Origin: Rubripirellula sp.
GTDB taxonomy: Bacteria; Planctomycetota; Planctomycetia; Pirellulales; Pirellulaceae
Length of the DNA: 64,000 nucleotides
Direction of reading: 5' to 3'
Assembly: GCA_965216875.1 (NCBI GenBank)
Contig: OZ244207.1
Coordinates: 6,240,001-6,304,000 of the forward strand
The translations under genes and the position numbers were made by a program. Positions within the stretch are counted from its first letter, which is position 1. Every line of letters starts with the position of its first letter. Shown piece after piece: positions 19,941 to 33,202 of the stretch. Under the pieces are notes generated by a model. That model was not told where the DNA came from, made no database searches, and saw only the letters and a list, made by a program, of their open reading frames with translations.

Positions 19941-20139
19941 GGAAGCAGATCTGATGGAGGGAGGGGATTGGGAGGGAAGCGACAGTTTAGCTACTGGGAC
20001 TGGCGAAAGGTAATCTTCTTGGCAGACGGTATTGGCCCAGAATCCACTTCAAGTGTTGGACTGATTCCCAAGTTTGGTCTCGTCTGAGAGAATACGAACA
20101 GACAGAAACCTCGATCGAACACAGGTGGGTTGCCCCTCG

Positions 20140-20814
20140 ATGAACGACACAGAAGCCAGCGAAGAAAAACAAGGTCCCGTGCCTCTTTCGGAAAACGCAC
20201 GCCGCGTTTTGGGCGTCCTGGTCGAAAAGGCAAAGACGACTCCTGATAGCTACCCGTTGACGCTTGCAGGCATCGTGACGGGAAGCAACCAAAAATCGAA
20301 TCGGAATCCGAAACTTGACTTGGATGACGAGGACGCGCTCCTAGCACTAGATGAACTGCGTTCGGTTGGCGCGGCTCGTGAAGTCCAAGGGTCGGGACGG
20401 GCCACCAAGTACCGACATGCTGCCTATGAGTGGCTTGATGTCGATAGCCCAGGCGCCGCCGTGATGACGGAATTACTTTTGCGCGGACCGCAAACGATCG
20501 GCGAGATACGAACACGAGCATCGCGCATGTACGCGTTGGCCGATTTGCAAGCGGCCCAACAAGTGATCGACGAGCTGGTCGAAAAAGGGTTGGTCGAAGC
20601 CCTTTCCCCACCGGGACGCGGACAAACGTTCGCCCACACGTTGTACACGCCCAACGAACGCCAATACCTCGAGGCACGCGTTGAAAAGCAAGCCGCTGCC
20701 GCTCCGACGCCGAAGGTTTCGAAGACCGTCGTGGATCAGCTCATCGATCGTCTCGATGCCGTGACCGAGCGAATCGAAACGCTCGAAAAGCGGTTGGAAG
20801 ATCTGGAGAGCTAG
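20140..20814 (+). CDS. DUF480 (YceH-like) protein
   Basis: RVLGVLVEKAKTTPDSYPLT, NQKSNRNP, ELLLRGPQTIGEIRTRASRM. Confidence 0.92.
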   Translation: MNDTEASEEKQGPVPLSENARRVLGVLVEKAKTTPDSYPLTLAGIVTGSNQKSNRNPKLDLDDEDALLALDELRSVGAAREVQGSGRATKYRHAAYEWLDVDSPGAAVMTELLLRGPQTIGEIRTRASRMYALADLQAAQQVIDELVEKGLVEALSPPGRGQTFAHTLYTPNERQYLEARVEKQAAAAPTPKVSKTVVDQLIDRLDAVTERIETLEKRLEDLES

Positions 20815-20867
20815 GCGTCGTTCGTAGCACCCGGCTCGAGTGCCACAGATTGCCGCTAGGCTTCGAA

Positions 20868-20977
20868 AACACTCTCCCTTGGGAGAGTCGGGCTCTAAGG
20901 CCCGGAGAGGATTCGTCTATCTGGGGATCATCCCTCCCCGGACTTTGCGTCCGACCCGCCCGCTTGCGGGAGGGTGA
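20868..20977. repeat. REP-like family D, inverted relative to 17472-17576
   Basis: aacactctcccttgggagagtcgggctctaaggcccggagagg...cggactttgcgtccgacccgcccgcttgcgggagggtga. Confidence 0.9.
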
Positions 20978-20990
20978 GTGACAGACCGTG

Positions 20991-24304
<3,314 letters not shown>

Positions 24305-24308
<4 letters not shown>

Positions 24309-25165
24309 TTCGCCTCCGGACGACGTGCCAAAAGGTCGACGAGATTGGTCAGGATTTCATCACGGTCGTTACCGGAGAGTCCGATTGCCAACTGCGCTTT
24401 CAAGACTCCGTATTTGACGCCAAGATTGCAGCGTCGTCCCTGAAGTTGACAAGCAAGGTAGCGCGATCGAGTTAGACACAGCGAAGCAGCATCAGAAAGG
24501 GTTGGCTTGGTTGCTTGCGGATTCTCAGTCCACTTGGCCAGTAGTTCTTCGATGGCCTGCATCATGTCGTCGGTCAGCACATGCATTCCAAAGAACCCCA
24601 GGTAGTGCCCTGCCCTCAAACCAGGTGTGACGAGTTCCTGTTCGGCAAGGGTTGGGGTTGGTTTTTCAACAACACGTTCAACTTCGTAAAGGCGTGAGTG
24701 TCTTGGAACATGTGGGCCGCTAACCACGCCGAAATAGGGCAAGTTGTTTTCGCGAGTCGATTCGACTGCAGACACATTGCACTGAAACTCTTCGGCAACT
24801 TGAATCAACTGCGTGGCACACGCGACATCGGTGTCGCTTAGATAAAGATGGTCACCGACTAGGTGCAAAAAGGCTTGCCCAGCCGTGAAGTCCCGCGCCC
24901 TGAAGATTGCATCGGCGTAGCCAAGCGGCTCAGGTTGCTCCACAAAATGAAGGCTGCCAATCTGATTGCCCGCCGCGGCTGCAAAGGCATCACGGTCACC
25001 GGGACGAATGACGACGCAGATTTCCTCGATCCCGGCTGCGACCGTCTCTTCGATCACCAATTGCAGAGCCGTTTTGTCCTCACCACTTCGGTCGACAAGT
25101 TGTTGAAGTGGTAGCCGGTTTTGTTTGGGTGCAGCGGCCGTGATGACCGCTTTGCTGACTTGCAT
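24305..25165 (-). CDS. GalU-like nucleotidyltransferase-fold protein with a degenerate N-terminal motif
   Basis: KAVITAA, AAGIEEICVV, QPEPLGYADAI, LVGDHLY, YFGVV, VVEKP; lacks GxGTR; 4-bp overlap with the fusion gene. Confidence 0.8.
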
Positions 25166-25354
25166 GGTTACGGTGGTTGATGTCGATAGCTACGAAACGA
25201 AGACCGCTGGGCGATTTCCCCGATCTGTCACAGAATTGGCGCATGGCCAAGTGTTTCGATGCAGCTTAGTTGCTTACACCTCGTCCGAACGGGCTGGTCA
25301 ATTTGAACCTACCATCGCGGGGGGATAAAGCACAAATGGTGAGGGCTTTGACGA

Positions 25355-26614
25355 TTATGCCGACGCTCGTTTTCCCAGAACCAAGAAGGTCGGGTTCAGG
25401 GCATCAAACCGGACGCGGTCAAGTTGATGTTGTCCACGAGCAATGTTGATCATTCGGACGTCACTTCGCAGACCAGCTTGGTCGATGACCGATTGCACTG
25501 CGACCAAATTGTCGGGGCTCGAAACGTTGACCACAATCGATCCATTTTGGCTCAACCGGGACAGTGCGCCGCGTACCAGATCGGGTACGACTCGGCCGCT
25601 GCCGCCAACAAAGATCGAGTCGGGATCCGGCAGGTCGTTCCATGCGTCGGGAGCTTGGCCGTGAATCGGGACCAACGAAGGAACATCAAACATCTTCGCG
25701 TTTTCGATCATCAAGCCGTAATCTTCGGCGTCCATTTCGATCGCAAAGACCTTGCCGTCACTTGCAATGGACGCGGCTTCGATAGCGAGAGATCCACTAC
25801 CCGCACCGACGTCCCAAACGACACTCGATTTGGACAAGTTCATTTCCGCCAAAGCGATGCAACGAACTTCGCATGGCGTCAACAATCCACGTTTAGGACG
25901 CGACTGTAAAAAGAGATCGTCCGGGTTACCAAAGAGTCGTCGATTTTGACTTCCCGAGGGTTGATCGGCGGCGCCCTGCCTGCGAACCAACACCATCACG
26001 TTCATTGCCGAAAAGCTCTGATCACGAATCGATTGCAAATCACCCTGTGTGACCGTTTCGTCAGGCGTACCCAAGTTCTCGCAAACGTAAACGGTGAAAT
26101 AGTCGATGCGGCGATCCAGCAATGCTTCGGCGACAACCGATGGCGAGATCGATTCGGTGGTGAACAATCCAACGCGCTCGGCCGTCCGAATCTTGTCGAC
26201 AACACGATCAAGTGATTGCGTCGCCAGACTCGTCAAATAGGCGTCGTCCCAACTCTCTTTCACACGGGCAAACGCAAGCTGCATGCTGCTGACGTGCGGG
26301 ACGACTTCGAAGCGATCTTTGCCGAACGACTCAGTCAAAAAACGGGCGATGCCATAAAAGAGCGGGTCACCCCCGGCCAGCATGACGGTGGGGGCATCGG
26401 GCAGGTCGAGAAGCTTCTTTTGCAGCTCTTCCAAGTTGCTGCCCGTTTCGATTCGCTTGGCGTCCGACGTGGGTATTTTGTCAAGCAACGCAGCATTGCC
26501 AACCAACACACCTGCCGCGTCGATCAACTCGCGAGCGTAACCGGTCAGGCCATCCAGTCCATCGTCGCCAATTCCAACAATGTGTATGCGTGCAGTCAAC
26601 GAATTACTCTTCAA
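25355..26614 (-). CDS. cbiET: Precorrin-6Y C5,15-methyltransferase (CbiE-CbiT fusion, CobL-like)
   Basis: IVGIGDDG, GDPLFYGI, SSMQLAFAR, ENLG, VWDVGAGSGS, FVGGSG. Confidence 0.9.
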   Translation of the reverse strand: MKSNSLTARIHIVGIGDDGLDGLTGYARELIDAAGVLVGNAALLDKIPTSDAKRIETGSNLEELQKKLLDLPDAPTVMLAGGDPLFYGIARFLTESFGKDRFEVVPHVSSMQLAFARVKESWDDAYLTSLATQSLDRVVDKIRTAERVGLFTTESISPSVVAEALLDRRIDYFTVYVCENLGTPDETVTQGDLQSIRDQSFSAMNVMVLVRRQGAADQPSGSQNRRLFGNPDDLFLQSRPKRGLLTPCEVRCIALAEMNLSKSSVVWDVGAGSGSLAIEAASIASDGKVFAIEMDAEDYGLMIENAKMFDVPSLVPIHGQAPDAWNDLPDPDSIFVGGSGRVVPDLVRGALSRLSQNGSIVVNVSSPDNLVAVQSVIDQAGLRSDVRMINIARGQHQLDRVRFDALNPTFLVLGKRASA

Positions 26615-26658
26615 TAGGTCTTAGGTGTCACGTTTGGCAGATTCAGAATCCGAGTTCG

Positions 26659-27264
26659 TCAACTCTTTGAAAGCCTGCGAACTTCTTTCAGGATCTCTTC
26701 GGCAGTGCTTCGACCGGCGTGACTTTCGCTAATCTTGGACCAACGCACACGGCCGTTCTTGTCAACAATAAAGGTTGCTGGATAGGCGGTCTCACTTCGC
26801 TTGTTCCAACGCAATCCCCAGTCGTCGACCATTTGCATGTCTTGGTCACGAACGACGACGAACGATTCGGGTAGCTTTCTGGATCCGACGAATCGCTTGG
26901 CGTTCTGTTTTAAGGTTGAGCCTTCACCGGGATACACAAAGACGACCCGATGTACATGTTCGCCAAGCACGCGAGCCCGATTGCGGAGCGTCGAAAGTTG
27001 CCGACTGCAATTGACGCATTGGTAATTCGGATAGCCGCGCAGAACGATGACGACCACAATCCCTTGATCGTATTCGTCGCTGAGCTGCAAAAAGGAGTCC
27101 TCTTGACCAACCACCGGCAGGTCAAAGTCAGGGACCTTTTCGCCAACCTTTGGCGCATTGGAAGGACCAGCGGCAAACGTCTGCTCGGTCGCGCTTGTCG
27201 CCAACCAGCAAACCGCTAATGCCAGAGTGAAACAACAAGGCAACGATTGAATTCGAATCATCAT
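26659..27264 (-). CDS. AhpC/TSA-family redoxin with a signal peptide
   Basis: VGEKVPDFDLP, CVNC, YPATFIVDKNGRVRW. Confidence 0.82.
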   Translation of the reverse strand: MMIRIQSLPCCFTLALAVCWLATSATEQTFAAGPSNAPKVGEKVPDFDLPVVGQEDSFLQLSDEYDQGIVVVIVLRGYPNYQCVNCSRQLSTLRNRARVLGEHVHRVVFVYPGEGSTLKQNAKRFVGSRKLPESFVVVRDQDMQMVDDWGLRWNKRSETAYPATFIVDKNGRVRWSKISESHAGRSTAEEILKEVRRLSKS

Positions 27265-27273
27265 GTTCGTTTC

Positions 27274-28197
27274 TTACATCCCGCGTTTTTCTCGTTGTCG
27301 CCGACTGTAGCGTTCCAACGTTTTTCGTTCCGAAGAGGTCAGACTTTCTTCGCCTTCGCGATGGATCTTTTCCAAAATGCGATCAGCTTCGGCCGCGTCT
27401 TGTTCCAGTTTGCGATCAGGATCGTGAAGCTTCAATTTCATCCGTCGCGATCGTTGCCGCAAACGCTGGGGTATCTCCCCGATCGCGGCAAGGTTAAGCC
27501 AGCGAAGATTCCAACGCCTGAAGTAATACCCGAGCGCAAAGAATGCACCGGCAAGGTGGACGGTAAACGCCGTGTTGGATTCGATACCGATGCCGAATCC
27601 GAATGCACCACCCAGGTTCATCGCCACAAAGAAGACAGCCAAGACCCAGGCTTTCACCGGGAAGACGAACATCAACAGGATTTCGGCTTGCGGGTAGTAA
27701 CACGCAAACAGGATCGTCACGGCTACCACCGCACCGCTAGCTCCGACCGTGTAGGTCGGCGTTCCGGTCATGTTGACCGCGATCATGTTCGAAACGGCGC
27801 CAACGATCCCACCGAGCACAGTTGCTAGCAAATAGAACCGAAGGAATTCCATTCGGCCGAGTCGTTGTTCGATCGTTCGCCCGAAAAAGAACAGTCCAAT
27901 CATGTTGAAAAGCACATGGTTGATGCTGTTGATATCGTGCAGAAAGCCATACGTGAGGAACTGGAACCACATCCAGGGTCGCATCAACGTGTTGCCATCG
28001 ATCGCCAAATATTCGGCAAGATTGCTGATGAATAAGATGCCACTGCCGGTGTCGGCTGAGAGGCGGTCGACGAAGTAGACGACCACATTGATCACGATCA
28101 GGGTGATGGTGATACTGCGTGGCGCGCTCGATTGGCCGCCACTTGCCCAGGGCGGTCCTTCGTCGTCTCGTCCGTAGTCTCGGTCGTATAGCCCCAT
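27274..28197 (-). CDS. Rhomboid family intramembrane serine protease
   Basis: HVLFNM, GASGA, HLAGA; C-terminal DRILEKIHREGEESLT extension. Confidence 0.93.
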   Translation of the reverse strand: MGLYDRDYGRDDEGPPWASGGQSSAPRSITITLIVINVVVYFVDRLSADTGSGILFISNLAEYLAIDGNTLMRPWMWFQFLTYGFLHDINSINHVLFNMIGLFFFGRTIEQRLGRMEFLRFYLLATVLGGIVGAVSNMIAVNMTGTPTYTVGASGAVVAVTILFACYYPQAEILLMFVFPVKAWVLAVFFVAMNLGGAFGFGIGIESNTAFTVHLAGAFFALGYYFRRWNLRWLNLAAIGEIPQRLRQRSRRMKLKLHDPDRKLEQDAAEADRILEKIHREGEESLTSSERKTLERYSRRQREKRGM

Positions 28198-28358
28198 GGA
28201 TGGTCTGTCTCTGAGAGGCGGCGGAAGTCGCGTAAAACAAATCGATCAGGAAAGATGCATCGTAGCAATCCATCCCCTTCGGCGTCGAGGCATTCCCAAA
28301 CGGTGGAGTCGGGTGTGCGCTTGCACGGACCTTTTTTCTCGTCCTAAGCCTCTTGGTG

Positions 28359-28444
28359 GGGCCCCACGCTAACGCGTACGCCTCAGGCCAAGTGGACGCG
28401 GAGCGTCCGAAGAGTGCGTTCCCACGCAGAGCGTGGGAACGAGG
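28359..28444. repeat. Composite repeat: degenerate family B arm plus family C
   Basis: ggggccccacgctaacgcgtacgcctca, then ggacgcggagcgtccgaagagtgcgttcccacgcagagcgtgggaacgagg. Confidence 0.8.
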
Positions 28445-28458
28445 TCGAAAGGCGACAT

Positions 28459-29616
28459 TCAAAAGTCCGACTTGATCCAGCCGCCGCCGAGGACGCGTGT
28501 GCCGTCGTAGACCACCGCTGCTTGGCCGGGGGCTACGGCGTTTTGAGGCTCGTCGAATTCGACCGAGAACCGTTCCGGATCGTCGAGGTCGATCGTTACT
28601 TTGGCTGGTTTCGGCATCCCGTTGTAGCGGATCTGCACGGCAAGGCCTTCGCTGGGCAATTCCTCTGGTTCGACCAGCCAATTGGCTTCGTCTGCTTCCA
28701 AGCCATCGCGGCCGAGGGCCTCTTTGGGTCCGATGACGACCTGACGTGTTTCGGGCGCGATTCGAGTGACGAAAAAAGGCTCGCCCATGGCCACGCCGAG
28801 ACCTTTTCGTTGGCCGACGGTAAAAGCCTCGTAACCATCGTGTTGTCCGACGACTTCACCATCGACGGTCACGATCTCGCCTGCCGTCTCAGCGGACCGA
28901 TCGGGCTCGCGCGCTCGAACGAAGTCGCTGTGATGTCCCTGGGTGACGAAACAGATTTCTTGGCTGTCCTTTTTGCCGGCGACGCCGAGATTCAATTGTG
29001 CGGCGATCTCGCGGATGCGTGGTTTTTCGAACCCGCCGACTGGCAACAGCATCCGAGGCAAGCGGTCGCGCCGGATTCCGAACAGCGCGTACGATTGGTC
29101 CTTGTGCGAGTCGAATCCACGATGCAGCTGGCCGGCTTTCAGAGCATCCTCTTCGTTCAAGCTGGTGCGTGCGTAGTGACCTGTCGCGACGAATTCGGCA
29201 TCAATGTCATCGGCGTAATCGAAAAGACGCCCGAACTTGATCCAATGGTTGCATTTGACGCAGGGATTGGGCGTCCGGCCATTCAAATAGTCATCAACGA
29301 AATAGTCGACGATGCGACGAAAATCTTGCTGGAGATCGAGGGCGTAGAACGGGATTTTCATATTCGCGGCGACCCGTCGCGCATCGGCGGCATCCGAGGC
29401 GGTACAGCAGCCTTGCTTGTGATCAGCCCGCCCCTGGGCCAAACCACCCAAGACAGGTAGGCCGTCGGCCTTTCCCGGTTCGACCCGGCACTGCTGGCTC
29501 GACTCTTCGCCATGCCGCATGAAAACGCCGACAACTTCGTGCCCCGCCTCCAACAGCAGGTGCGCGGCGACACTCGAGTCGACGCCACCACTCATCGCTA
29601 GAACCACGCGTGCCAT
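28459..29616 (-). CDS. mnmA: tRNA-specific 2-thiouridylase
   Basis: AMSGGVDSSV, TPNPCVKCN, ATGHYA, KDQSYAL, DSQEICF, TVGQRKGL, APGQAAV. Confidence 0.97.
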   Translation of the reverse strand: MARVVLAMSGGVDSSVAAHLLLEAGHEVVGVFMRHGEESSQQCRVEPGKADGLPVLGGLAQGRADHKQGCCTASDAADARRVAANMKIPFYALDLQQDFRRIVDYFVDDYLNGRTPNPCVKCNHWIKFGRLFDYADDIDAEFVATGHYARTSLNEEDALKAGQLHRGFDSHKDQSYALFGIRRDRLPRMLLPVGGFEKPRIREIAAQLNLGVAGKKDSQEICFVTQGHHSDFVRAREPDRSAETAGEIVTVDGEVVGQHDGYEAFTVGQRKGLGVAMGEPFFVTRIAPETRQVVIGPKEALGRDGLEADEANWLVEPEELPSEGLAVQIRYNGMPKPAKVTIDLDDPERFSVEFDEPQNAVAPGQAAVVYDGTRVLGGGWIKSDF

Positions 29617-29718
29617 GTATATTTCCTACAAAGTTCAATCGAAGGCGGGGCCGATCCCCTCTTCGCCTTCTTCACCACATCATACGCCCCCATCATAGGT
29701 TCGGAGCCGGAAACGAGA

Positions 29719-30820
29719 ATGGATGCTGAATTGGTCCAGCGCAGCGAAAAGATCCGTCAGCGCCTGAAACAACTCGGAGACTCTCTTTGACCACGCTGGC
29801 AAGCGTGATCAGATCAAGGCGATTGAGGCCCAAATGGGGGAATCCGGCTTCTGGGATGACAACGAAGCGGCTCAAAAGGTGATCTCCGAATTGAAGGGAC
29901 TGAAGGTCGTGGTTGGACCGCTCGATGAGCTGTCCAGTTCGGTCGAGGACTTCGAAGCGCTCTTTGAGATGGCTGATGAGGACGAATCGTTGGCCGAGGA
30001 AGTGACTTCGGAAGTCGGCCGCCTCGAAGGGATTCTGGACGATCTGGAACTCAAAGCTCTGCTGAACGGTCCCAACGATTCGGCTGGCGCGATCGTGTCG
30101 ATCAACGCCCGCGATGGGGGTACTGACGCCAACGACTGGGCCGACATGCTGCTGCGCATGTATTCGGCATGGGCCGTGGGCCAAGAGTACAAGATCGAAC
30201 TGATGGACGAACAGAAAAACGAAGAGGCGGGGATCAACCACGCCACGATCGCTGTTCGTGGACCGATGGCCTACGGCTACCTCAAAGGTGAGGAAGGCGT
30301 CCATCGGTTGGTGCGGATCAGCCCGTTCAACAGCGAAGGTAAACGACAAACGAGTTTTGCAGCTGTCACCGTCTCGCCCGAAATCGATGACTCGATCGAA
30401 GTCGATATCGAAAAGAAGGATGTTCGTGAGGACACCTATCGCGCGGGCGGTGCCGGTGGTCAACACGTCAACAAGACAGACAGTGCCATTCGTTTGACGC
30501 ACTTGCCAACCAATGTTGTCGTTCAGTGCCAAAACGAACGCAGCCAGCATCAAAACCGCGCAACGGCTTGGAAGATGTTGCGCGCCAAAATGGCGCGTTT
30601 GGAAGAAGAACGCCGCGAAGCGGAAGAGGCCAAGAAATATGGAACTCAACCGAAGACCGGTTTCGGAAGCCAAATTCGCAACTACTTCCTGCATCCTGAC
30701 CAACGGGTCAAAGATGCACGCACCGGACACTACGTCGGTAACTTCAACAGTGTCCTCGACGGAAGCGAGCTGCAAGGATTCTTTGACGCCTTCCTCCGCT
30801 GGAAAGCGGGCGAAGAATAG
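29719..30820 (+). CDS. prfB: Peptide chain release factor 2, programmed +1 frameshift
   Basis: 23 codons from ATG 29719 end in CTT TGA C (29785-29791); the +1 frame joins the ORF carrying SPF and GGQ. Confidence 0.96.
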
Positions 30821-30824
30821 TTCT

Positions 30825-30992
30825 CGTGAGCCGAACGCGCTAGCGTCGGGCCTTACGCTCTTTGCGGATCTTCCAGGGCCCGACGCGGATGTCGCAGGAC
30901 CCGATGCGGATCTTCCAAGGCCCGACGCTAGCGCGTACGGCTCACGTGCTCCGCAGTTTGTGGACGCTACTTTCGCGGAGCGAAAGGCGACA
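30825..30992. repeat. Family B hairpin (30825-30946) with internal 3x21-bp tandem, plus family G (30956-30992)
   Basis: cgtgagccgaacgcgctagcgtcgggcctt...aaggcccgacgctagcgcgtacggctcacg; ggacgctactttcgcggagcgaaaggcgaca is the reverse complement of 39956-39986. Confidence 0.9.
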
Positions 30993-31009
30993 CTTAAGGA
31001 GTCACAACG

Positions 31010-31549
31010 TTACTCGATGAAAGTTGGCGGCACGTGGTCGACCAGCCAGACACCGTTGTCGGACACAAAGAATTCAAATCCCTCTTGGTGCATTCGTCCG
31101 CTGTAGACTTTCAGCAGCACCGGTTTGCCGCGTCGGCTACCCACCGTTGTCGCAACTTCAACGTCGGGATGCAGATGAACGTGGTGACGTTGCATTTTTT
31201 TCAGTCCCTCGTTTCGGATGGCATCAACAAACCGCTCGGTGGTGCCGTGCCAGAGAAACTCAGGCGGCTCGGTTGGCAGGAGCTCAAGTTTAACCTCGAC
31301 CGAGTGCCCCTGGTTGGCTCGAATGAGCGTCCCGTCATCACTAAATGCGAAACGCTGTTTATCGTTTTCTCTCACGACCGTTTCCAGTTCTTCACGCGAA
31401 AGTGGTCGTTTGTTTTTGGCCAATGCGGCCAGGAGTTCTTCGACCGCGACCCATCCCGAATCATCCAACTCGATGCCAATCGTTTCAGGTTGGTGACGCA
31501 GGACGAGGCTGAGGAATTTGCTGGTCCGTTTCTGTTGTTTCTTTTCCAT
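31010..31549 (-). CDS. kptA: RNA 2'-phosphotransferase (Tpt1/KptA)
   Basis: SKFLSLVLRH, KQRF, IRANQGHS, HGT, RHHVHL, NGVWL. Start at 31549 or 31582. Confidence 0.95.
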   Translation of the reverse strand: MEKKQQKRTSKFLSLVLRHQPETIGIELDDSGWVAVEELLAALAKNKRPLSREELETVVRENDKQRFAFSDDGTLIRANQGHSVEVKLELLPTEPPEFLWHGTTERFVDAIRNEGLKKMQRHHVHLHPDVEVATTVGSRRGKPVLLKVYSGRMHQEGFEFFVSDNGVWLVDHVPPTFIE

Positions 31550-31707
31550 GGAGTCGTTTTCTTTTTTCCTTCTGCTTTTCATTTGATTTGAAGGATCGAG
31601 ACACAAAAGTGCGTCCGGCGGTTCTCGGCAGCGGAAAAAAAAGTGACAATACGTATCGCAGTAGCAGGTTGTCACGAATACCCGGTTTCACGTTTGCCAG
31701 TGCGATT

Positions 31708-32046
31708 ATGCCTTCTATTTTCACCAAGATCATCGACCGCGAAATCCCGGCTGACATCGTTTACGAAGATGATGTTTGCTTGGCATTTCGTGACATCAAT
31801 CCCAAAGCACCGACGCACCTGTTGGTGATTCCCAAGAAAGAGATTGTGTCGTTGGCCGACCTCAGCGACGAAGATGAACAGATTGTTGGCCGCTGTGTCC
31901 TCGTGGCCTCTCGAGTTGCTGCCGACGAAGGCCTCGGCGATGGCTATCGACTGGTTTGCAATTGCGGCGACGATGGTGGCCAAGAAGTCCCGCACCTTCA
32001 CTTTCATGTTCTCGGCGGCCGTAAGCTGACCTGGCCTCCTGGTTGA
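31708..32046 (+). CDS. Histidine triad (HinT-like) nucleotide-binding protein
   Basis: IFTKII, AFRDINPKAPTHLLVIPK, GQEVPHLHFHVLGGR. Confidence 0.95.
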   Translation: MPSIFTKIIDREIPADIVYEDDVCLAFRDINPKAPTHLLVIPKKEIVSLADLSDEDEQIVGRCVLVASRVAADEGLGDGYRLVCNCGDDGGQEVPHLHFHVLGGRKLTWPPG

Positions 32047-32053
32047 TCCAACA

Positions 32054-33202
32054 ATGGCCGATTTTCGTTTTCTCGCAGAGAAGATCGAACAGCTTCGAGG
32101 GCAGGATCGATCGCGCAAACTCGTCCCAAGAGTTCACGACGGCGTTCACCTAAGGTCGGAGGACGGGATGTCGCTGATCAACTTTGGCGCGAACGACTAT
32201 TTGGGAATTGCGGCACAACAAAAGACCCCCTCGCGATCATGTTTGACGGGCGCGGCAGCGAGCGCATTGGTGAGTGGTTGGACAACCGAGCATGAAACGC
32301 TGGCAAAAGCGATCGCGGCTTGGGAATCGACGGAGGCGGCCGTTCTGTTTCCGTCAGGATACGCCGCATGTTCGGGAACCATCGCTTGCCTCGCGCGCGA
32401 GGGTGATTTGATTCTGAGTGATGAATTGAATCATGCTTCGTTGATTGACGGATGCCGTTTATCCAAAGCAACGAAAGTCATCTACCCACATCGAGAGGTG
32501 GAAGCGGTTGATGAGATTCTGCGGACGTTGCGCGACCGATACGATCGAGTCTGGATCGTCACCGATGGCGTTTTCAGCATGGACGGACACGTTGCGCCGC
32601 TCGCGTCACTCTGTGACCTCGCCAAGACACACGACGCGACGGTCATCGTTGACGAAGCCCACGGAACAGGAGTTCTGGGATCAAACGGAAGCGGCCTATG
32701 TGAAGCGCTCGGATTGAAAGAAGAAGTTCCCATTCGAATTGGCACACTCAGCAAAGGCATCGGGTCACAAGGCGGATTCGTTGTGGGGCCTCAAGTGGTG
32801 ATCGACTATCTGATCAATCATTGTCGGTCGTTGATCTTCAGCACCGCACTCGCACCAGCCGCAGTTGCAGCAGCTGCATCGGCGATCGAAACCATCAGGG
32901 CGCAACCCGATCGAGCACAAACGGTGCAGCGCTATGCAAAGCAATTGCGCCAACGGTTGTCGCTCGATGGGGACGGCATCGAGTCGTGCGTGCCCATTGT
33001 GCCCCTGGTCGTTGGTTCGGACTCTGCCGCGGTTGGTCTGTCAAAGGAACTTGAGCGACGAGGTTTTTTCGTGCCGGCGATTCGTCCGCCAACGGTCCCC
33101 GAAGGGGCGGCTCGCGTCCGTGTTTCTCTCTCTGCGGCGCACGAGCCCGCGATGGTCCAGTCGCTTGCCGATGCGATCATCGAAAGTGGCTTTCTAGGCT
33201 AG
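32054..33202 (+). CDS. bioF: 8-amino-7-oxononanoate synthase
   Basis: NDYLG, NHASLIDG, VFSMDG, DEAHG, TLSKG, AIRPPTVP. Confidence 0.9.
   Translation: MADFRFLAEKIEQLRGQDRSRKLVPRVHDGVHLRSEDGMSLINFGANDYLGIAAQQKTPSRSCLTGAAASALVSGWTTEHETLAKAIAAWESTEAAVLFPSGYAACSGTIACLAREGDLILSDELNHASLIDGCRLSKATKVIYPHREVEAVDEILRTLRDRYDRVWIVTDGVFSMDGHVAPLASLCDLAKTHDATVIVDEAHGTGVLGSNGSGLCEALGLKEEVPIRIGTLSKGIGSQGGFVVGPQVVIDYLINHCRSLIFSTALAPAAVAAAASAIETIRAQPDRAQTVQRYAKQLRQRLSLDGDGIESCVPIVPLVVGSDSAAVGLSKELERRGFFVPAIRPPTVPEGAARVRVSLSAAHEPAMVQSLADAIIESGFLG

Noticed and set aside
28414..30775. Long ORFs 28414-29460 (+) and 29693-30775 (-)
   Set aside because: Antisense to mnmA and prfB; expected from codon bias, with no protein motifs.
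30825..30992. Possible CRISPR array from the short spaced repeats here and at other repeat clusters
   Set aside because: No regular repeat-spacer periodicity and no cas genes; these are palindromic REP-like units and a 21-bp tandem.
31010..32046. kptA and HIT as an RNA-repair or defence module
   Set aside because: Divergently oriented common housekeeping genes, with no rtcB, toxin or regulator adjacent.
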